A DNA stretch of 64,000 nucleotides from Promethearchaeota archaeon (GCA_048939995.1 JBHLOY010000006.1:79877-143876); one strand, 5' to 3'. Shown: positions 19,906 to 30,383, counted from the first letter of the stretch. Notes: generated by a model not told the origin, from the letters alone. Program-made: numbers and translations.

Positions 19906-20511
19906 TTGATAATTAAAATGTCAGTTAAAACTAAAAAGAAAACCCCAAAAGAACAAACGGAACAGTTTGAAAAAATTTGGGACAATCCAATGAAACGCCC
20001 CTTTTTAGAGAAATTAGTATTGAACATTGGTGTTGGTAGTGGTGGAGAAGAGTTAGAAAGAGCAGTAAAGGTCTTGGAAACTATAACAGGTAGACAACCA
20101 GTAAAAACTTTATCAAAAAAGAATATAAAAGAATTTAATTTAAGAAAAGGAAGACCCATTGGAACGATGGTTACAATCAGGGGTGAGGAAGCAGAGAAAC
20201 TACTTAAAAGATTATTAATTGTGAATAATAACAAAATTCTACGTAGAAGTTTTGATAATTATGGTAATTTTGGTTTTGGAATAACTGAACATATCTCTAT
20301 ACCTAGCATTGAATATGACAATTTAATAGGAATATGGGGTCTAGATGTGGGTGGACGGATTATAAGACCAGGTATGAGAATTAAATATAGAAGGCAAGCA
20401 AGAGCTAAAATTCCAAAAGATCATTATGTTTCCAAAATAGAAGCTCAATATTTCTTAGAAAAAAATTTTGGAGTAGAAATTGTAGAACAATTAGATTTAG
20501 AATTTATGTAA
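19906..20511 (+). CDS. rpl5: Ribosomal protein uL5
   Basis: NPM, KLVLNIGVG.GG, GNFGFGI.EHI. Confidence 0.97.
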   Translation: MIIKMSVKTKKKTPKEQTEQFEKIWDNPMKRPFLEKLVLNIGVGSGGEELERAVKVLETITGRQPVKTLSKKNIKEFNLRKGRPIGTMVTIRGEEAEKLLKRLLIVNNNKILRRSFDNYGNFGFGITEHISIPSIEYDNLIGIWGLDVGGRIIRPGMRIKYRRQARAKIPKDHYVSKIEAQYFLEKNFGVEIVEQLDLEFM

Positions 20512-20522
20512 ATAAAAAATAA

Positions 20523-20681
20523 ATGATGATAACAGTGCCTCAAGGAAAAATTGGCAAGGGACAAAGAACCTGCAGGAGATGTGGGACCCATAGAGGTCTA
20601 ATTAGAAGATATGGTTTATATATATGTAGAAGATGTTTCTATGAGATTGGGAAGGCAATAGGATTTAAAAGATTTGATTAA
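20523..20681 (+). CDS. rps14: Ribosomal protein uS14 (52 aa, below ORF-track cutoff)
   Basis: Hand translation [42 protein letters not shown]; lies between uL5 and uS8. Confidence 0.96.
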   Translation: MMITVPQGKIGKGQRTCRRCGTHRGLIRRYGLYICRRCFYEIGKAIGFKRFD

Positions 20682-20702
20682 ATATAAAAAATGGTGAATT
20701 AA

Positions 20703-21086
20703 GTGGTAAATACAATCGCAGATGCAATGAATATGATACGCAATGCTGAGCGAGCGAGGAAGAAAGAAATTATCATAAGCCCAGCATCTAAATTGATTCA
20801 AAAAATATTGTTAATTCTTCAAAAAAATGCATATATTGGAGAATTTGAACGATATGATGATGGGCGCCACGGTAAATTCAGGATCGCCCTACTAGGCAAA
20901 ATAAATGAAGCGAAAGGATTATTAAGGCTTAATTATAAAGTATCTCAATTTGAAATGCTTGAAAGAAAATTGTTACCAGCACCGGGATTAGGCTTAATCA
21001 TTATGACTACAAACCAAGGCATTATAACTATGAAAGAAGCAGAAGAAAAAAATATTGGTGGAATGGCTTTATGTTATATTTATTAA
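20703..21086 (+). CDS. rps8: Ribosomal protein uS8
   Basis: I.NAE, PASKL, YIGEFE..DDGR.G, LLGKIN, TT.QG. Confidence 0.97.
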   Translation: MVNTIADAMNMIRNAERARKKEIIISPASKLIQKILLILQKNAYIGEFERYDDGRHGKFRIALLGKINEAKGLLRLNYKVSQFEMLERKLLPAPGLGLIIMTTNQGIITMKEAEEKNIGGMALCYIY

Positions 21087-21108
21087 AAGAAGGTAGAGGT
21101 AATATATA

Positions 21109-21687
21109 ATGGTACGAACAGCATTTTTTAAACAAGAATTAGAGATTCCAAAGGACGTAAAAGTTACATTAGGTGATGATCAACATATAATCGTAAATGG
21201 ACCAAATGGAAAAATAACAAAAGATTTTTCTCATATAAGGGGAGTTAAAGTCTTGATTGAAGGAAAAAATATAATATTTTCAACCTATTTTCCCAAAAGT
21301 GGTACACTTGCTTTAACTAATACCATATATAACATTATTAAGAGTATTATAACAGGAGTTCAAACTAATTACGAATATTATTGTAAAATGGCATATTCAC
21401 ATTTCCCATTTACCGCAGAAGTAAAATCAGATAAAGAAGAAATACATATTATCAACTTTTTAGGTGAAAGAGCCCCAAGGATAGCGAAATATCTTGATAA
21501 TGTTGAAGTAAAAATTGAAGGAGATGATATCATCTTAATAGGACCAGATAAGGAAAAGTTAGGACAAACAGCTGCAAATCTTAAAAAATGCTGTAGAATT
21601 AAAAAGAAAGATCCTAGAGTGTTTCAAGATGGAGTTTACCTCTATAAAATAAAATTGGGAGAGGAAATTCTCTGGCAAATAAAATAA
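21109..21687 (+). CDS. rpl6: Ribosomal protein uL6
   Basis: YSHFP, NFLGE..PR, GQTAAN, KDPRVFQDG.Y. Confidence 0.97.
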   Translation: MVRTAFFKQELEIPKDVKVTLGDDQHIIVNGPNGKITKDFSHIRGVKVLIEGKNIIFSTYFPKSGTLALTNTIYNIIKSIITGVQTNYEYYCKMAYSHFPFTAEVKSDKEEIHIINFLGERAPRIAKYLDNVEVKIEGDDIILIGPDKEKLGQTAANLKKCCRIKKKDPRVFQDGVYLYKIKLGEEILWQIK

Positions 21688-21701
21688 AAAAGTGAGATAA
21701 A

Positions 21702-22175
21702 ATGGAAAGGGAAAGATTATTTCAAATAAGAAAAAAATTAAAAAGGAAAAGACCATCCTTTAGGCGTATTGAATCATGGAGATATAAAAAATTAAAAGAT
21801 TCATGGAGAAAAGCCAGAGGAATTGATTCACAAACAAGGAAAAAAGAAAAAAGTGGTGTAAAATCTCCATCTGTTGGTTATAGAAGTCCTAAGAAAGTTA
21901 GAGGAATCCATCCATCTGGATATAAGGAAGTAAGAGTTTTTAATATAAATGATCTCAAAGGATTAAGCAATAAAAAGCATGCAATCAAAATTTCAGGAAA
22001 ATTAGGCGCTAAGAAAAGAATTGCTTTAGTCGATTATGCTCAGAATAGAGGATTTAAAATACTTAATCTAGGAATTGCCCAAAAAGAATTAGAGCGCTTT
22101 GAAGCATTATTAGAAAGTCCTCTTGAAGAAGGGGAAGATCTAATGGATCTAGAGGAATCATTAGAAGAGGATTAA
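21702..22175 (+). CDS. rpl32e: Ribosomal protein eL32
   Basis: P.F.R, WRK.RGIDS, GYRSPK.VRG.HPSG. Confidence 0.97.
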   Translation: MERERLFQIRKKLKRKRPSFRRIESWRYKKLKDSWRKARGIDSQTRKKEKSGVKSPSVGYRSPKKVRGIHPSGYKEVRVFNINDLKGLSNKKHAIKISGKLGAKKRIALVDYAQNRGFKILNLGIAQKELERFEALLESPLEEGEDLMDLEESLEED

Positions 22176-22194
22176 CTAAAGAAGGTGTAAATTT

Positions 22195-22650
22195 ATGAGT
22201 TTAAAGGCCCAAAAAAGAATGGCTGCGGAAATATTAAAGTGTGGTGAAAATCGGGTTTACTTTGACCCTTATTTGATAGAAGAAATTCAATTAGCCATAA
22301 CTCGAGAAGACATACGAAGTTTAATCAAAGAAGGTATTATACAAAAAAAATATAAAAAAGGAATTTCAAATTCTCGTAAAAATATACGTCATAAAAGAAA
22401 GAAAAAAGGAAGAGCTAGAGGTTTAGGAAAAAGAAAAGGTACAAAAATTGCCAGAAATCCTAAGAAGAGAGCTTGGATAAGAAGAATAAGACCCCAAAGA
22501 AGAGAATTAAAGAAATTAAGAGATAGAAAATTAATTACAGCTAGCAATTATCGAAGACTGTATAAAAACGCTAAAGGAGGAATGTTCACGAGTGTTGCTC
22601 AAATGAATCGATATATTAAAGAAAAAGAGTTATTGAGGAGAGGAAGGTAA
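22195..22650 (+). CDS. rpl19e: Ribosomal protein eL19
   Basis: QKRMAA.ILKCG.NRV, AITREDIR.LI, AKGG.F. Confidence 0.97.
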   Translation: MSLKAQKRMAAEILKCGENRVYFDPYLIEEIQLAITREDIRSLIKEGIIQKKYKKGISNSRKNIRHKRKKKGRARGLGKRKGTKIARNPKKRAWIRRIRPQRRELKKLRDRKLITASNYRRLYKNAKGGMFTSVAQMNRYIKEKELLRRGR

Positions 22651-22652
22651 AA

Positions 22653-23246
22653 ATGACAAAAGGACCAAGATATAGGCGTGCATTTAGAAGAAGATCGACT
22701 GGTAAAACAAATTATCAAAGAAGATTAAAATTTCTAAAATCAAATAAATTAAGAATTGTAGCTCGAGCATCTAATAATCATATTTTAATTCAAGTTGTCC
22801 AATCCAAACTTGGAGGGGACAAAATTATTTCCTCAGCATTTTCTAAAGAATTAAAAAATAAGTATGGTTGGAAGGCAAATACTGGAAATATTCCCGCAGC
22901 ATATTTAACAGGATATCTTGCTGGTTTAAGAGCAAAAAAACAAAACATTACTGAAGCCATCTTAGATTTAGGGATATTATATCATCGTAATAGGTTGATA
23001 GCGGCATCTAAAGGAGTAATAGATGCCGGTTTAGAAGTTCCTTATAATGAAGATTTTTTTCCAGAAAATCTAAAAGAACGAATAGAAGGTCAGCATATTG
23101 AGAAATATGCAAAAGGATTAAAAGATGAAAATCCTGAAAAGTATGAAAAGATATTTTCAGGATATTTAAATAATGATAAAATAAATCCATTAAAGATAAG
23201 TCAAATGTTTTCAACTACTTTGAAATCAATTGAAAGTAAACCTTAG
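22653..23246 (+). CDS. rpl18: Ribosomal protein uL18
   Basis: GPRY...FRRR..GKTNY..R, N.PAAYLTG, LDLG. Confidence 0.97.
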   Translation: MTKGPRYRRAFRRRSTGKTNYQRRLKFLKSNKLRIVARASNNHILIQVVQSKLGGDKIISSAFSKELKNKYGWKANTGNIPAAYLTGYLAGLRAKKQNITEAILDLGILYHRNRLIAASKGVIDAGLEVPYNEDFFPENLKERIEGQHIEKYAKGLKDENPEKYEKIFSGYLNNDKINPLKISQMFSTTLKSIESKP

Positions 23247-23260
23247 AGATGTGATATTTT

Positions 23261-23875
23261 ATGAGTCGTTTGAGAAATATTGAAGATACATGGGTGCCTA
23301 GAACTCGCTTGGGAGAGTTAGTTCGTGAAGGATTGATTACATTAGATAAGATTTTTGCAAACAATTTGGTTGTTAAAGAAAAAGAAATAATTGACATTCT
23401 TCTTCCTCAATTACGTGAAGACGTTGTAAAAATCTCAATGGTTCAACAAATGAGTGCTAGTGGTCAACGTTCTAAATTCAAAGCTGTTGTACTAGTTGGT
23501 GCCGATGGATTTATTGGAGTTGGTTCAGCAAAATCACGTGAAGTAGGTCCTGCAATAAGGAAAGCAATAGATAAGGCTAAATTATCTGTAATTCCTGTAC
23601 TTAGAGGATGTGGGAGTAAAGAATGTGGTTGTGGAGGTACCCATAGTATTCCTTTCAAAACAAATGGAAAGTGTGGTTCAGTTAGAATTCGATTGATTCC
23701 TGCACCTGCAGGAGTGGGATTAGCATCAGCAGATAAAGTAAAACAATTATTAAAACTTTCTGGCATCGAAGATATTTGGAGTAAAACATATGGTGATACA
23801 CGAACTAGTGAAAATCTAGTAAAAGCAACTTTTAATGCTCTTAAAAATGCCCATAAATACAATTTTAAAGTATAA
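23261..23875 (+). CDS. rps5: Ribosomal protein uS5
   Basis: WVPRTRLG.LV, RGCGS.EC.CG..HSIPF, PAPAGVGL. Confidence 0.97.
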   Translation: MSRLRNIEDTWVPRTRLGELVREGLITLDKIFANNLVVKEKEIIDILLPQLREDVVKISMVQQMSASGQRSKFKAVVLVGADGFIGVGSAKSREVGPAIRKAIDKAKLSVIPVLRGCGSKECGCGGTHSIPFKTNGKCGSVRIRLIPAPAGVGLASADKVKQLLKLSGIEDIWSKTYGDTRTSENLVKATFNALKNAHKYNFKV

Positions 23876-23881
23876 AAAGAG

Positions 23882-24424
23882 TTGGTAAATGTGATAGCAA
23901 AAAATGAATCAATCATAAAGAAAAAACCAAAAGCAAAAGAGCAACCTCCTGCCTTATATTTTGCAATTAGAATAAGAGGGGCCCCAGGGATGAAGAGAAC
24001 TATTTTAGATACTTTAAAAATGCTACGTATGTTTAAAGTTAATCATGGGGTTCTCATTTGGGGAGAAAAGAGCTATTTAGGAATGCTGAATAAATGCAAG
24101 GATTATATTGCTTTCGGTGAGATCGATGAAAAGACATTAACTAGACTTTTAAGAACAAGAGGAAGGATAGAAGGAAATAAACCACTAACAGATGAGCATA
24201 TTAAAAACCTAACCGATTACAAAAACATTAAAGAACTAGCAAAAGCTTTATTGAAAGGAGATATACAATATCGAACTAGAGATATCTACAAAATTAAACC
24301 TGTTTTTCGTCTACACCCACCAAAAAAAGGTTATCGAGGTTCTATTAAACTCCATTATGGAGAGGGTGGTTGCTTAGGATATGTTAAGAGTTATATAAAT
24401 GAATTAATTCATAAAATGATTTAG
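23882..24424 (+). CDS. rpl30: Ribosomal protein uL30
   Basis: IRIRG, TL.MLR, KDYIAFGE, PVFRLHPP..G. Confidence 0.95.
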   Translation: MVNVIAKNESIIKKKPKAKEQPPALYFAIRIRGAPGMKRTILDTLKMLRMFKVNHGVLIWGEKSYLGMLNKCKDYIAFGEIDEKTLTRLLRTRGRIEGNKPLTDEHIKNLTDYKNIKELAKALLKGDIQYRTRDIYKIKPVFRLHPPKKGYRGSIKLHYGEGGCLGYVKSYINELIHKMI

Positions 24425-24437
24425 GAAGTGTTTTATA

Positions 24438-24917
24438 ATGAGAAAATATCCCAGAAAGATAACAAAAAAGAGAGGAACTCGAACATGCGGTTTTGGACGA
24501 GTTGGGCAACACAGAAAAACTGGGCAGAGAGCAGGTCGAGGCAAGACAACCCAATGGAATAAAAGTATGAAATCTTACTACCGTAAACAAAAAGAACTTG
24601 GTTTTCCTGATCCAGATTGGATTATGGGTGCAAAAGGTTTCAAACGCCCTCAAGATATGACTCGTATTTATCAAACTAATGCTCTTAATGTAAAAGATTT
24701 AGATTTTAAAATCGATGATTTAGTTCTACAAAAAGTTGCTTCTAAATCTGGAAATACATACAGTATTAATTTGAATGATATCAATATTCAAAAGGTATTA
24801 GGACGTGGTGACATCAATAAAAGAATAAATCTCTCTGTAAATAAAGCCTCAAAACAAGCAATAGAAAAGATTGAAGCTGCGGGAGGAAAAGTTACCCTGC
24901 TTGCCCAAACAAAATAA
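24438..24917 (+). CDS. rpl15: Ribosomal protein uL15
   Basis: RG.RTCG.GRVGQHR..G..AGRG, KVLG.G, AIEKIEAAGG. Confidence 0.97.
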   Translation: MRKYPRKITKKRGTRTCGFGRVGQHRKTGQRAGRGKTTQWNKSMKSYYRKQKELGFPDPDWIMGAKGFKRPQDMTRIYQTNALNVKDLDFKIDDLVLQKVASKSGNTYSINLNDINIQKVLGRGDINKRINLSVNKASKQAIEKIEAAGGKVTLLAQTK

Positions 24918-24935
24918 TTATCAATCTAGGCTTTT

Positions 24936-25550
24936 TTAGTACAATAATTTATATAATAAACTAACTAATCCTGGTAAAATGAATACAAACCCAAGTGTAT
25001 TTCCTATTAGATGTGTAGTAGTAAAAATAATACCTCCAATGTACAATATAATAAAGTTATAAGAATATAATAGGGCTGGTATTATTGTACTAATTATATC
25101 GTAAATAAATGTGATTGATGCTCCAATAAAGCCGAAGATTAACATTATCCGAAAAATGTATAAGTCTTCTTTTGGTTTAAAATATTTTTTTTTACTAAGA
25201 AAATTTTGTACATAACCACCTATCATTCCAGTCATTGAATAATGAATGATTTGATAAATATATAAGATTAAATCTGTGGGAGGTCCCCAAGGATTGAAAA
25301 AATAATAAATCATTGAGCTTATAAGTCCTATTATTGACCCATTTATTTTACCTAAAATAATTCCTCCCAGAAAAATCATTAACGTAAATAACTCAACATT
25401 TGGAATAGCTAAAGCGTATCCTAACACCACTGCTAATGCTGAAAAGGAACTGATTAAGGCAATCCGAAATGACTTTTTCTGAAGCCATACAGAACCACTA
25501 TATACTTCTTTTTTATCCAATTCTAAACGGCTTTCCAATAATTTCAACAC
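24936..25550 (-). CDS. ECF transporter substrate-binding (S) component, possibly cobalamin/CbrT-like
   Basis: IALIS.FSALAVV, IPNVE, G..IG, FNPWG; 5-6 TM; true start probably downstream of the called start. Confidence 0.75.
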   Translation of the reverse strand: MLKLLESRLELDKKEVYSGSVWLQKKSFRIALISSFSALAVVLGYALAIPNVELFTLMIFLGGIILGKINGSIIGLISSMIYYFFNPWGPPTDLILYIYQIIHYSMTGMIGGYVQNFLSKKKYFKPKEDLYIFRIMLIFGFIGASITFIYDIISTIIPALLYSYNFIILYIGGIIFTTTHLIGNTLGFVFILPGLVSLLYKLLY

Positions 25551-25669
25551 TTGGTAACTTTACCTAATATAATGATGACATTATGTTTTAAAAAGTTATT
25601 GCAAAAACGTTAAATAAAAAAAAGAATAATAATTAATAATAAAATGAAGTAGGATAAGTTTCCTTAATA

Positions 25670-27442
25670 ATGAAAAAAATATCATTTTTTAGTACCTTAA
25701 TATTTGTAGCCCTAATATTTGGAAATAATTTGTCTCAAGTCAAACTCAATACGTCAAAGCCAGAAAGTTATTCTCCAGATGTTGATTATAATGGAATTTA
25801 CGTTTATAATGTTACTGATTTTGGGGGGATTTCAAGTTGGTATAATTTTACTCCATCTCCAGCGGATTCTTTTGAAGGAAATTTTAAAACGAATCCATCA
25901 GGACAAATTAAAATCAATTTTACTGGATTTTTTAACAAAGATCCTAACGATTGGGGGAATATCTTTATGAATCCGATTCCTTGGATGAATATTGAAATAC
26001 TTGAGAATGATTTAGGTATTGTAAGAACGAACCTTACCCTTACAAATCGTTCTAGTAGTGAGGTAGCTTATAATCTAATATTAGGATTTAACCAGTTTCA
26101 GCCAGGCTTTTTAATTCCGATTAATAACATGACTTATATTAAACAAATAGCTCAAGAACAAGTAATAGGATACTTCTCAGGTGAACTTAAATCTGAAGAA
26201 TCTTATCACTTCCTTTATATAAGTTATGAACAATCAGGTGGAACCCAAAGGACATATCTTAAATATGATAAGTTAACTGGTTTATTAGTATGGGCTAAAA
26301 CTAGTGTTGGAAATTATAGACTTGAAATCACTTCCGTTAATTTCACTCTGAGTGAGGAACGCGTATATAATTATATTGTAGATAATTTTGGTGGAGTCTC
26401 TAGTTGGTATAATTTCACTCCATGGCCAGAAGATTCTTTTGAGGGTAATTTTAAAACAAATCCTTATGGTTTATTAACTATCAATTTTACTGGTTTGTTT
26501 AACAAGGATATAAATGATTGGGGGAATATTTTTAAAAATCCAATTCCATGGTTAAGTATTAAGATTTTTGAGAATATTTCAAACATTCTTGTCTCAAATT
26601 TCACCCTATTTAATAGATCAAACAGCGAAATTGCTTATAACTTGATACTTGGTTATAATACATTTCAACCAGGATTTCGAATAGTTATGATAGATAATCT
26701 CACTGGAGTTAAGCAATTAGCTTTTCAAGAAGCCTTTGGATTTATTTCTGGTAATGTGGAAATTCAAGAGACAGATTTAACCCTAAAAATACAATTCAAT
26801 CAAATTGGTGGTGCTCAAAAAACCTCCCTAATTTATGAAAAACAAACAGGATTACTATTATGGGCAGATACATCAATAGGTAACTATTTACTTGAGATAA
26901 AAATTCAAGGTTATCACCCATGGTCTCGCATTATACCTTCCAGTGTCCAAATTGATTTACTACTAGAGGTTTTTCCATATCTTTTGGTTATCTCTATAAG
27001 CGGTATTTTAGCAGTATCATCAATATTATGGTCTAAATTTAATCCCAAATACAGAAAAATTAATAAATTTGCCCTTATCGCGATTTTAGGGGTTGCAAGT
27101 TTCACTTCATTATTCATTTACATTTCTAATTTTTCTGTTGGTACTATTAATGAACCCAAACAAGAAGTATATGATATTACTTTAGTAGTTGATTATGGTA
27201 ATGGTACATTAATCACGGTAGATAATATGAACTTAATTAATTATAAAACAACCGCTTTTGATGCTTTAAATTATAGTTGTAACGTACTTTATAAAGATTA
27301 TGGAGAAATGGGATATCTTGTGGAAGCTGTGAATGGAACTTATGGAAATTGGTTATTTTATGTAAATGATGAGTATATTGTAGCTGCTGCAAATTTTTAT
27401 AATCTTGATAATGGAGATGTAGTAAAATGGGTACTAAGTTAA
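25670..27442 (+). CDS. Exported/membrane protein with a duplicated ~190-aa domain, 2 TM and C-terminal DUF4430 (transcobalamin C-terminal-like) domain
   Basis: Signal peptide; two YNF...DWGNIF.NPIPW repeats; TAFDAL...G.LVEAVNG...W.FYVN....AA..Y.L.NGD.V.W. Confidence 0.7.
   Translation: MKKISFFSTLIFVALIFGNNLSQVKLNTSKPESYSPDVDYNGIYVYNVTDFGGISSWYNFTPSPADSFEGNFKTNPSGQIKINFTGFFNKDPNDWGNIFMNPIPWMNIEILENDLGIVRTNLTLTNRSSSEVAYNLILGFNQFQPGFLIPINNMTYIKQIAQEQVIGYFSGELKSEESYHFLYISYEQSGGTQRTYLKYDKLTGLLVWAKTSVGNYRLEITSVNFTLSEERVYNYIVDNFGGVSSWYNFTPWPEDSFEGNFKTNPYGLLTINFTGLFNKDINDWGNIFKNPIPWLSIKIFENISNILVSNFTLFNRSNSEIAYNLILGYNTFQPGFRIVMIDNLTGVKQLAFQEAFGFISGNVEIQETDLTLKIQFNQIGGAQKTSLIYEKQTGLLLWADTSIGNYLLEIKIQGYHPWSRIIPSSVQIDLLLEVFPYLLVISISGILAVSSILWSKFNPKYRKINKFALIAILGVASFTSLFIYISNFSVGTINEPKQEVYDITLVVDYGNGTLITVDNMNLINYKTTAFDALNYSCNVLYKDYGEMGYLVEAVNGTYGNWLFYVNDEYIVAAANFYNLDNGDVVKWVLS
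25798..26905 (+). repeat. Intragenic tandem duplication (~570-nt units)
   Basis: agttggtataattt.actcc..g..gattcttttga.gg.aattttaaaac.aatcc occurs near 25834 and 26402; boundaries approximate. Confidence 0.85.
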
Positions 27443-27459
27443 TCTTAGCCCATCGAATG

Positions 27460-27894
27460 TTATGATTTTCTATAAGAAGTCTGTATTTTCTTAAGAGTAG
27501 GCTCCATTTCCTTAAAGGATTTTCGAATTTTATGAAAATAATAACCTAATTTATATCCTTTTTTACAATTAGTAAAGAGCATGAAATTATTATCCGCATC
27601 TCCCACAATAATAATAGTATATCCCTTTACCCCCCTAATCACAATTTCTCGTAATTCTCCTTGGCCTAAGCCAGAACTTATTTTTTCTCCCAAGGAAATT
27701 AATGTTGCAGGACTTGCGCTGTATACATCAGCAACTATATCTGCTGTTTCAGAACTAGCAATTCTTAATCCTGTTTTAGATACCAAAGCAGTACCCTCAA
27801 GGTCAGTTGAGCTCTCCAAATGCTCTAAGTTGCGCATAAGTTCATCTAAAATTTCTTGATCAATCTCAATTTCAGTAGCAGGGATATGTTCCAT
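27460..27894 (-). CDS. Roadblock/LC7 domain protein
   Basis: LEG.ALVS..GL.IAS, A.L.SLGEKI...L..G.L.EI.IRG..G. Confidence 0.88.
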   Translation of the reverse strand: MEHIPATEIEIDQEILDELMRNLEHLESSTDLEGTALVSKTGLRIASSETADIVADVYSASPATLISLGEKISSGLGQGELREIVIRGVKGYTIIIVGDADNNFMLFTNCKKGYKLGYYFHKIRKSFKEMEPTLKKIQTSYRKS

Positions 27895-27921
27895 TATTAT
27901 AACCTCACTTAATAATATAAA

Positions 27922-29364
27922 TTAATTTTGAGAATTTAAATCTTTTTTAGATTTTAATTTATAACTTCTAAGTTCCCTTAAAATGACATAATCACCTTTT
28001 TTCACAATAATTTGACTATTTTCAAGTCCCACAATTACTGCTCCTTTAGTTCCAAATGGACTAATTATTTTAGTGAAAGGCTTCTCTAATCTACGACCGA
28101 CGATCTTTTTGGCACCAGTTAAACTTTGGGCTAAGCCAGTACAAATTATACCTTGAGAGTGCGATGGATTTTGTATAATTCCCTTTTTTACTTTATATCT
28201 ATAGATTATAGGTGATTCCTTGAATGTTTTAATCAATTTAGCTGAGCCTAGTACCCTTAAAGTAGTTGGAGGTAGATCTAAGCGGCTTAATAATATTGTA
28301 GCTTTTTCCTTCCTAAATAGAATGTTCTCATTGAAACATAGAAAAGCTTTGAAAGTTATAAAATCATTAGTTGCATTCATTTGAATCTTTTTTCCATTAG
28401 ATTCAATAAAAGGATAAATATAACCTGTTGATGTGAACATTCCTATAGTGATATGTACTTGTGTGCCAAAATGAGTTTCTGCTTTAAATATTTTATTTTT
28501 TTTCACCTCAACTTCAATTATATCAGAATATTCAAACGCATCCTTATTGTCAGTTGCATAACAACCTCTAAAGACATTTTTAGCATCTATGCCTTTAATA
28601 TTAATACCTACTCTATCACCAGCTTTCGCATTGTTAACTGTTTGATGAAATATTTGAATTGATTTTACTTTACCAGAGAACCCCACAGGCATTATGTATA
28701 TTGTTTGATTTAAACCTATTTTGCCTTGTAAAATCGTGCCAGTTATTATTGTTCCTCTTCCTTTTATAGAAAAATGATGATCAATCGGAATTATTATGTC
28801 TCCTTCAAATTCCCTTTGTATCTTTAAACCTTTTACTTTATCTAAAATCCCTTCTTTTAATTCCCGAAATCCTATTACCTTTTTCGCAGATACAGCGAAG
28901 ATAGGCACTTTGGATCCAAAACTGGTTGATTGAAAAAAGGCTCTGGTTTTCTTAATTTCGTGATTTATATCACCATTAAATATATCTGTTTTATTTAATA
29001 CGACTATAACGTCCTTAATATTTAATGATTCTATCATAATAATATGTTCACCGGTTTGAATTTGTGGACCTTTATTGATATCAATTACAATTATTGCACA
29101 ATCAATTATTTCTACTGAAGAAGCACTTATTCTGATTAAGTCTGCATGACCAGGACCATCAACTAAGGTAATAATATACTTATCTAACACAAAACTTGTA
29201 AATCCTAAATCAATAGTTATACCTCTTTCCTTACTTTGTGGATGCGCATCAATACCTGCAGTTGAGATAATTTCACTAAGAACTGCAGCTAAAGCTGTCT
29301 TACCACTATCTATATGCCCGTATAACCCAATATGAATGGGAATTAAGTTCTTAAAATCAATCAA
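27922..29364 (-). CDS. selB: Selenocysteine-specific elongation factor (archaeal/eukaryotic EFSec type)
   Basis: GHIDSGKT, RGITIDLGF, DGPGH, NKTD, DHHF.IKG.GT, short domain IV with FGTKG. Confidence 0.92.
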   Translation of the reverse strand: MIDFKNLIPIHIGLYGHIDSGKTALAAVLSEIISTAGIDAHPQSKERGITIDLGFTSFVLDKYIITLVDGPGHADLIRISASSVEIIDCAIIVIDINKGPQIQTGEHIIMIESLNIKDVIVVLNKTDIFNGDINHEIKKTRAFFQSTSFGSKVPIFAVSAKKVIGFRELKEGILDKVKGLKIQREFEGDIIIPIDHHFSIKGRGTIITGTILQGKIGLNQTIYIMPVGFSGKVKSIQIFHQTVNNAKAGDRVGINIKGIDAKNVFRGCYATDNKDAFEYSDIIEVEVKKNKIFKAETHFGTQVHITIGMFTSTGYIYPFIESNGKKIQMNATNDFITFKAFLCFNENILFRKEKATILLSRLDLPPTTLRVLGSAKLIKTFKESPIIYRYKVKKGIIQNPSHSQGIICTGLAQSLTGAKKIVGRRLEKPFTKIISPFGTKGAVIVGLENSQIIVKKGDYVILRELRSYKLKSKKDLNSQN

Positions 29365-29516
29365 GAGTATAATTGTAACTTTCTTTTTATCCTAAAAGAG
29401 GAAATTAAAAAATTCTCAATTATTTTTCTAAATATTGGACTCCAATAAAATTTAATTAAAAGGATTTTAATTTTATTATAATATCTATAATATATTAAAA
29501 AAGAAAGTTGTGGAAA

Positions 29517-30383
29517 ATGCCCCGTTATTGTGTCTATTGTGGTAATCCATTGAAACCTACTGATAAATATTGCATTATATGCGGTAAACCTGTTTTGAGT
29601 GATGTTCAGAAACCCAAGGCAAAAGAAGTTCAAAAACCTAAAGATGTTATAAAAGAAAAAGTAAAAGAACTCCGAGGAAATCAAAAATCGCTTGAGATCG
29701 AAATTGAAGAGGAACCGAAAGAAGTTGAAATCAAAAAAGAAAAGAAGAAAAAGGCTAAAGGTGAAGGAATAGTAGAAAAACCTTTGCCATTTGATGTTAA
29801 AGAGCAGATGATCCTTTATATTGAGTATGAGGATATACAGTTGAATAAAAAATTACTTGCAGAAAAATTAAAAGAGATCCAAAAATCTTTGAACGACCCT
29901 CGTTATGATGTAGAGGAGGAATTTAAGAAATCAATTAATGTTAAAATTGATGCAATAAAAACTCTCATCAATGAACTTAAACGAAAAGAGACTGAAGTCA
30001 AAGAAAAAATGGAACAACCATTTATAGTTCAAAGGATTAAAGATGATATTGATAAAAGAGTTTTTCAATTAAAAAATTTAACTCAAGAATTCAAATTACG
30101 GAAAATAGATAAAGAAACTTTTGAACAATTAAAAGAGAAATACAAAGAAGAGAGAGCAGACTTTGAGGAAGAACGGGAGGATCTAATTGCTGGTATGAAA
30201 TTATGGATCAAAGAATTAAAAATGGAAAAGTCTGAAATAAGGGCTGAAAGAAATCTCAATAAGGGGAGATTTTCTTCAAAAGAAATTAGTGAAGAAGATT
30301 ATAAAGAAAAAGATAAAGCATTTGATATAAAACTAAAAAAAATTGATGTGAAGATTAATACATTAGAAAAACTTGTAGAATAA
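29517..30383 (+). CDS. Zinc-ribbon plus long coiled-coil protein
   Basis: CVYCG...CIICG, then K/E-rich helices; ATG at 29517. Confidence 0.75.
   Translation: MPRYCVYCGNPLKPTDKYCIICGKPVLSDVQKPKAKEVQKPKDVIKEKVKELRGNQKSLEIEIEEEPKEVEIKKEKKKKAKGEGIVEKPLPFDVKEQMILYIEYEDIQLNKKLLAEKLKEIQKSLNDPRYDVEEEFKKSINVKIDAIKTLINELKRKETEVKEKMEQPFIVQRIKDDIDKRVFQLKNLTQEFKLRKIDKETFEQLKEKYKEERADFEEEREDLIAGMKLWIKELKMEKSEIRAERNLNKGRFSSKEISEEDYKEKDKAFDIKLKKIDVKINTLEKLVE

Noticed and set aside
20616-20801. 61-aa minus-strand ORF
   Set aside because: Antisense to uS14 and uS8.
29361-29684. 107-aa minus-strand ORF upstream of selB
   Set aside because: Low-complexity F/I-rich antisense of the zinc-ribbon gene and promoter region.
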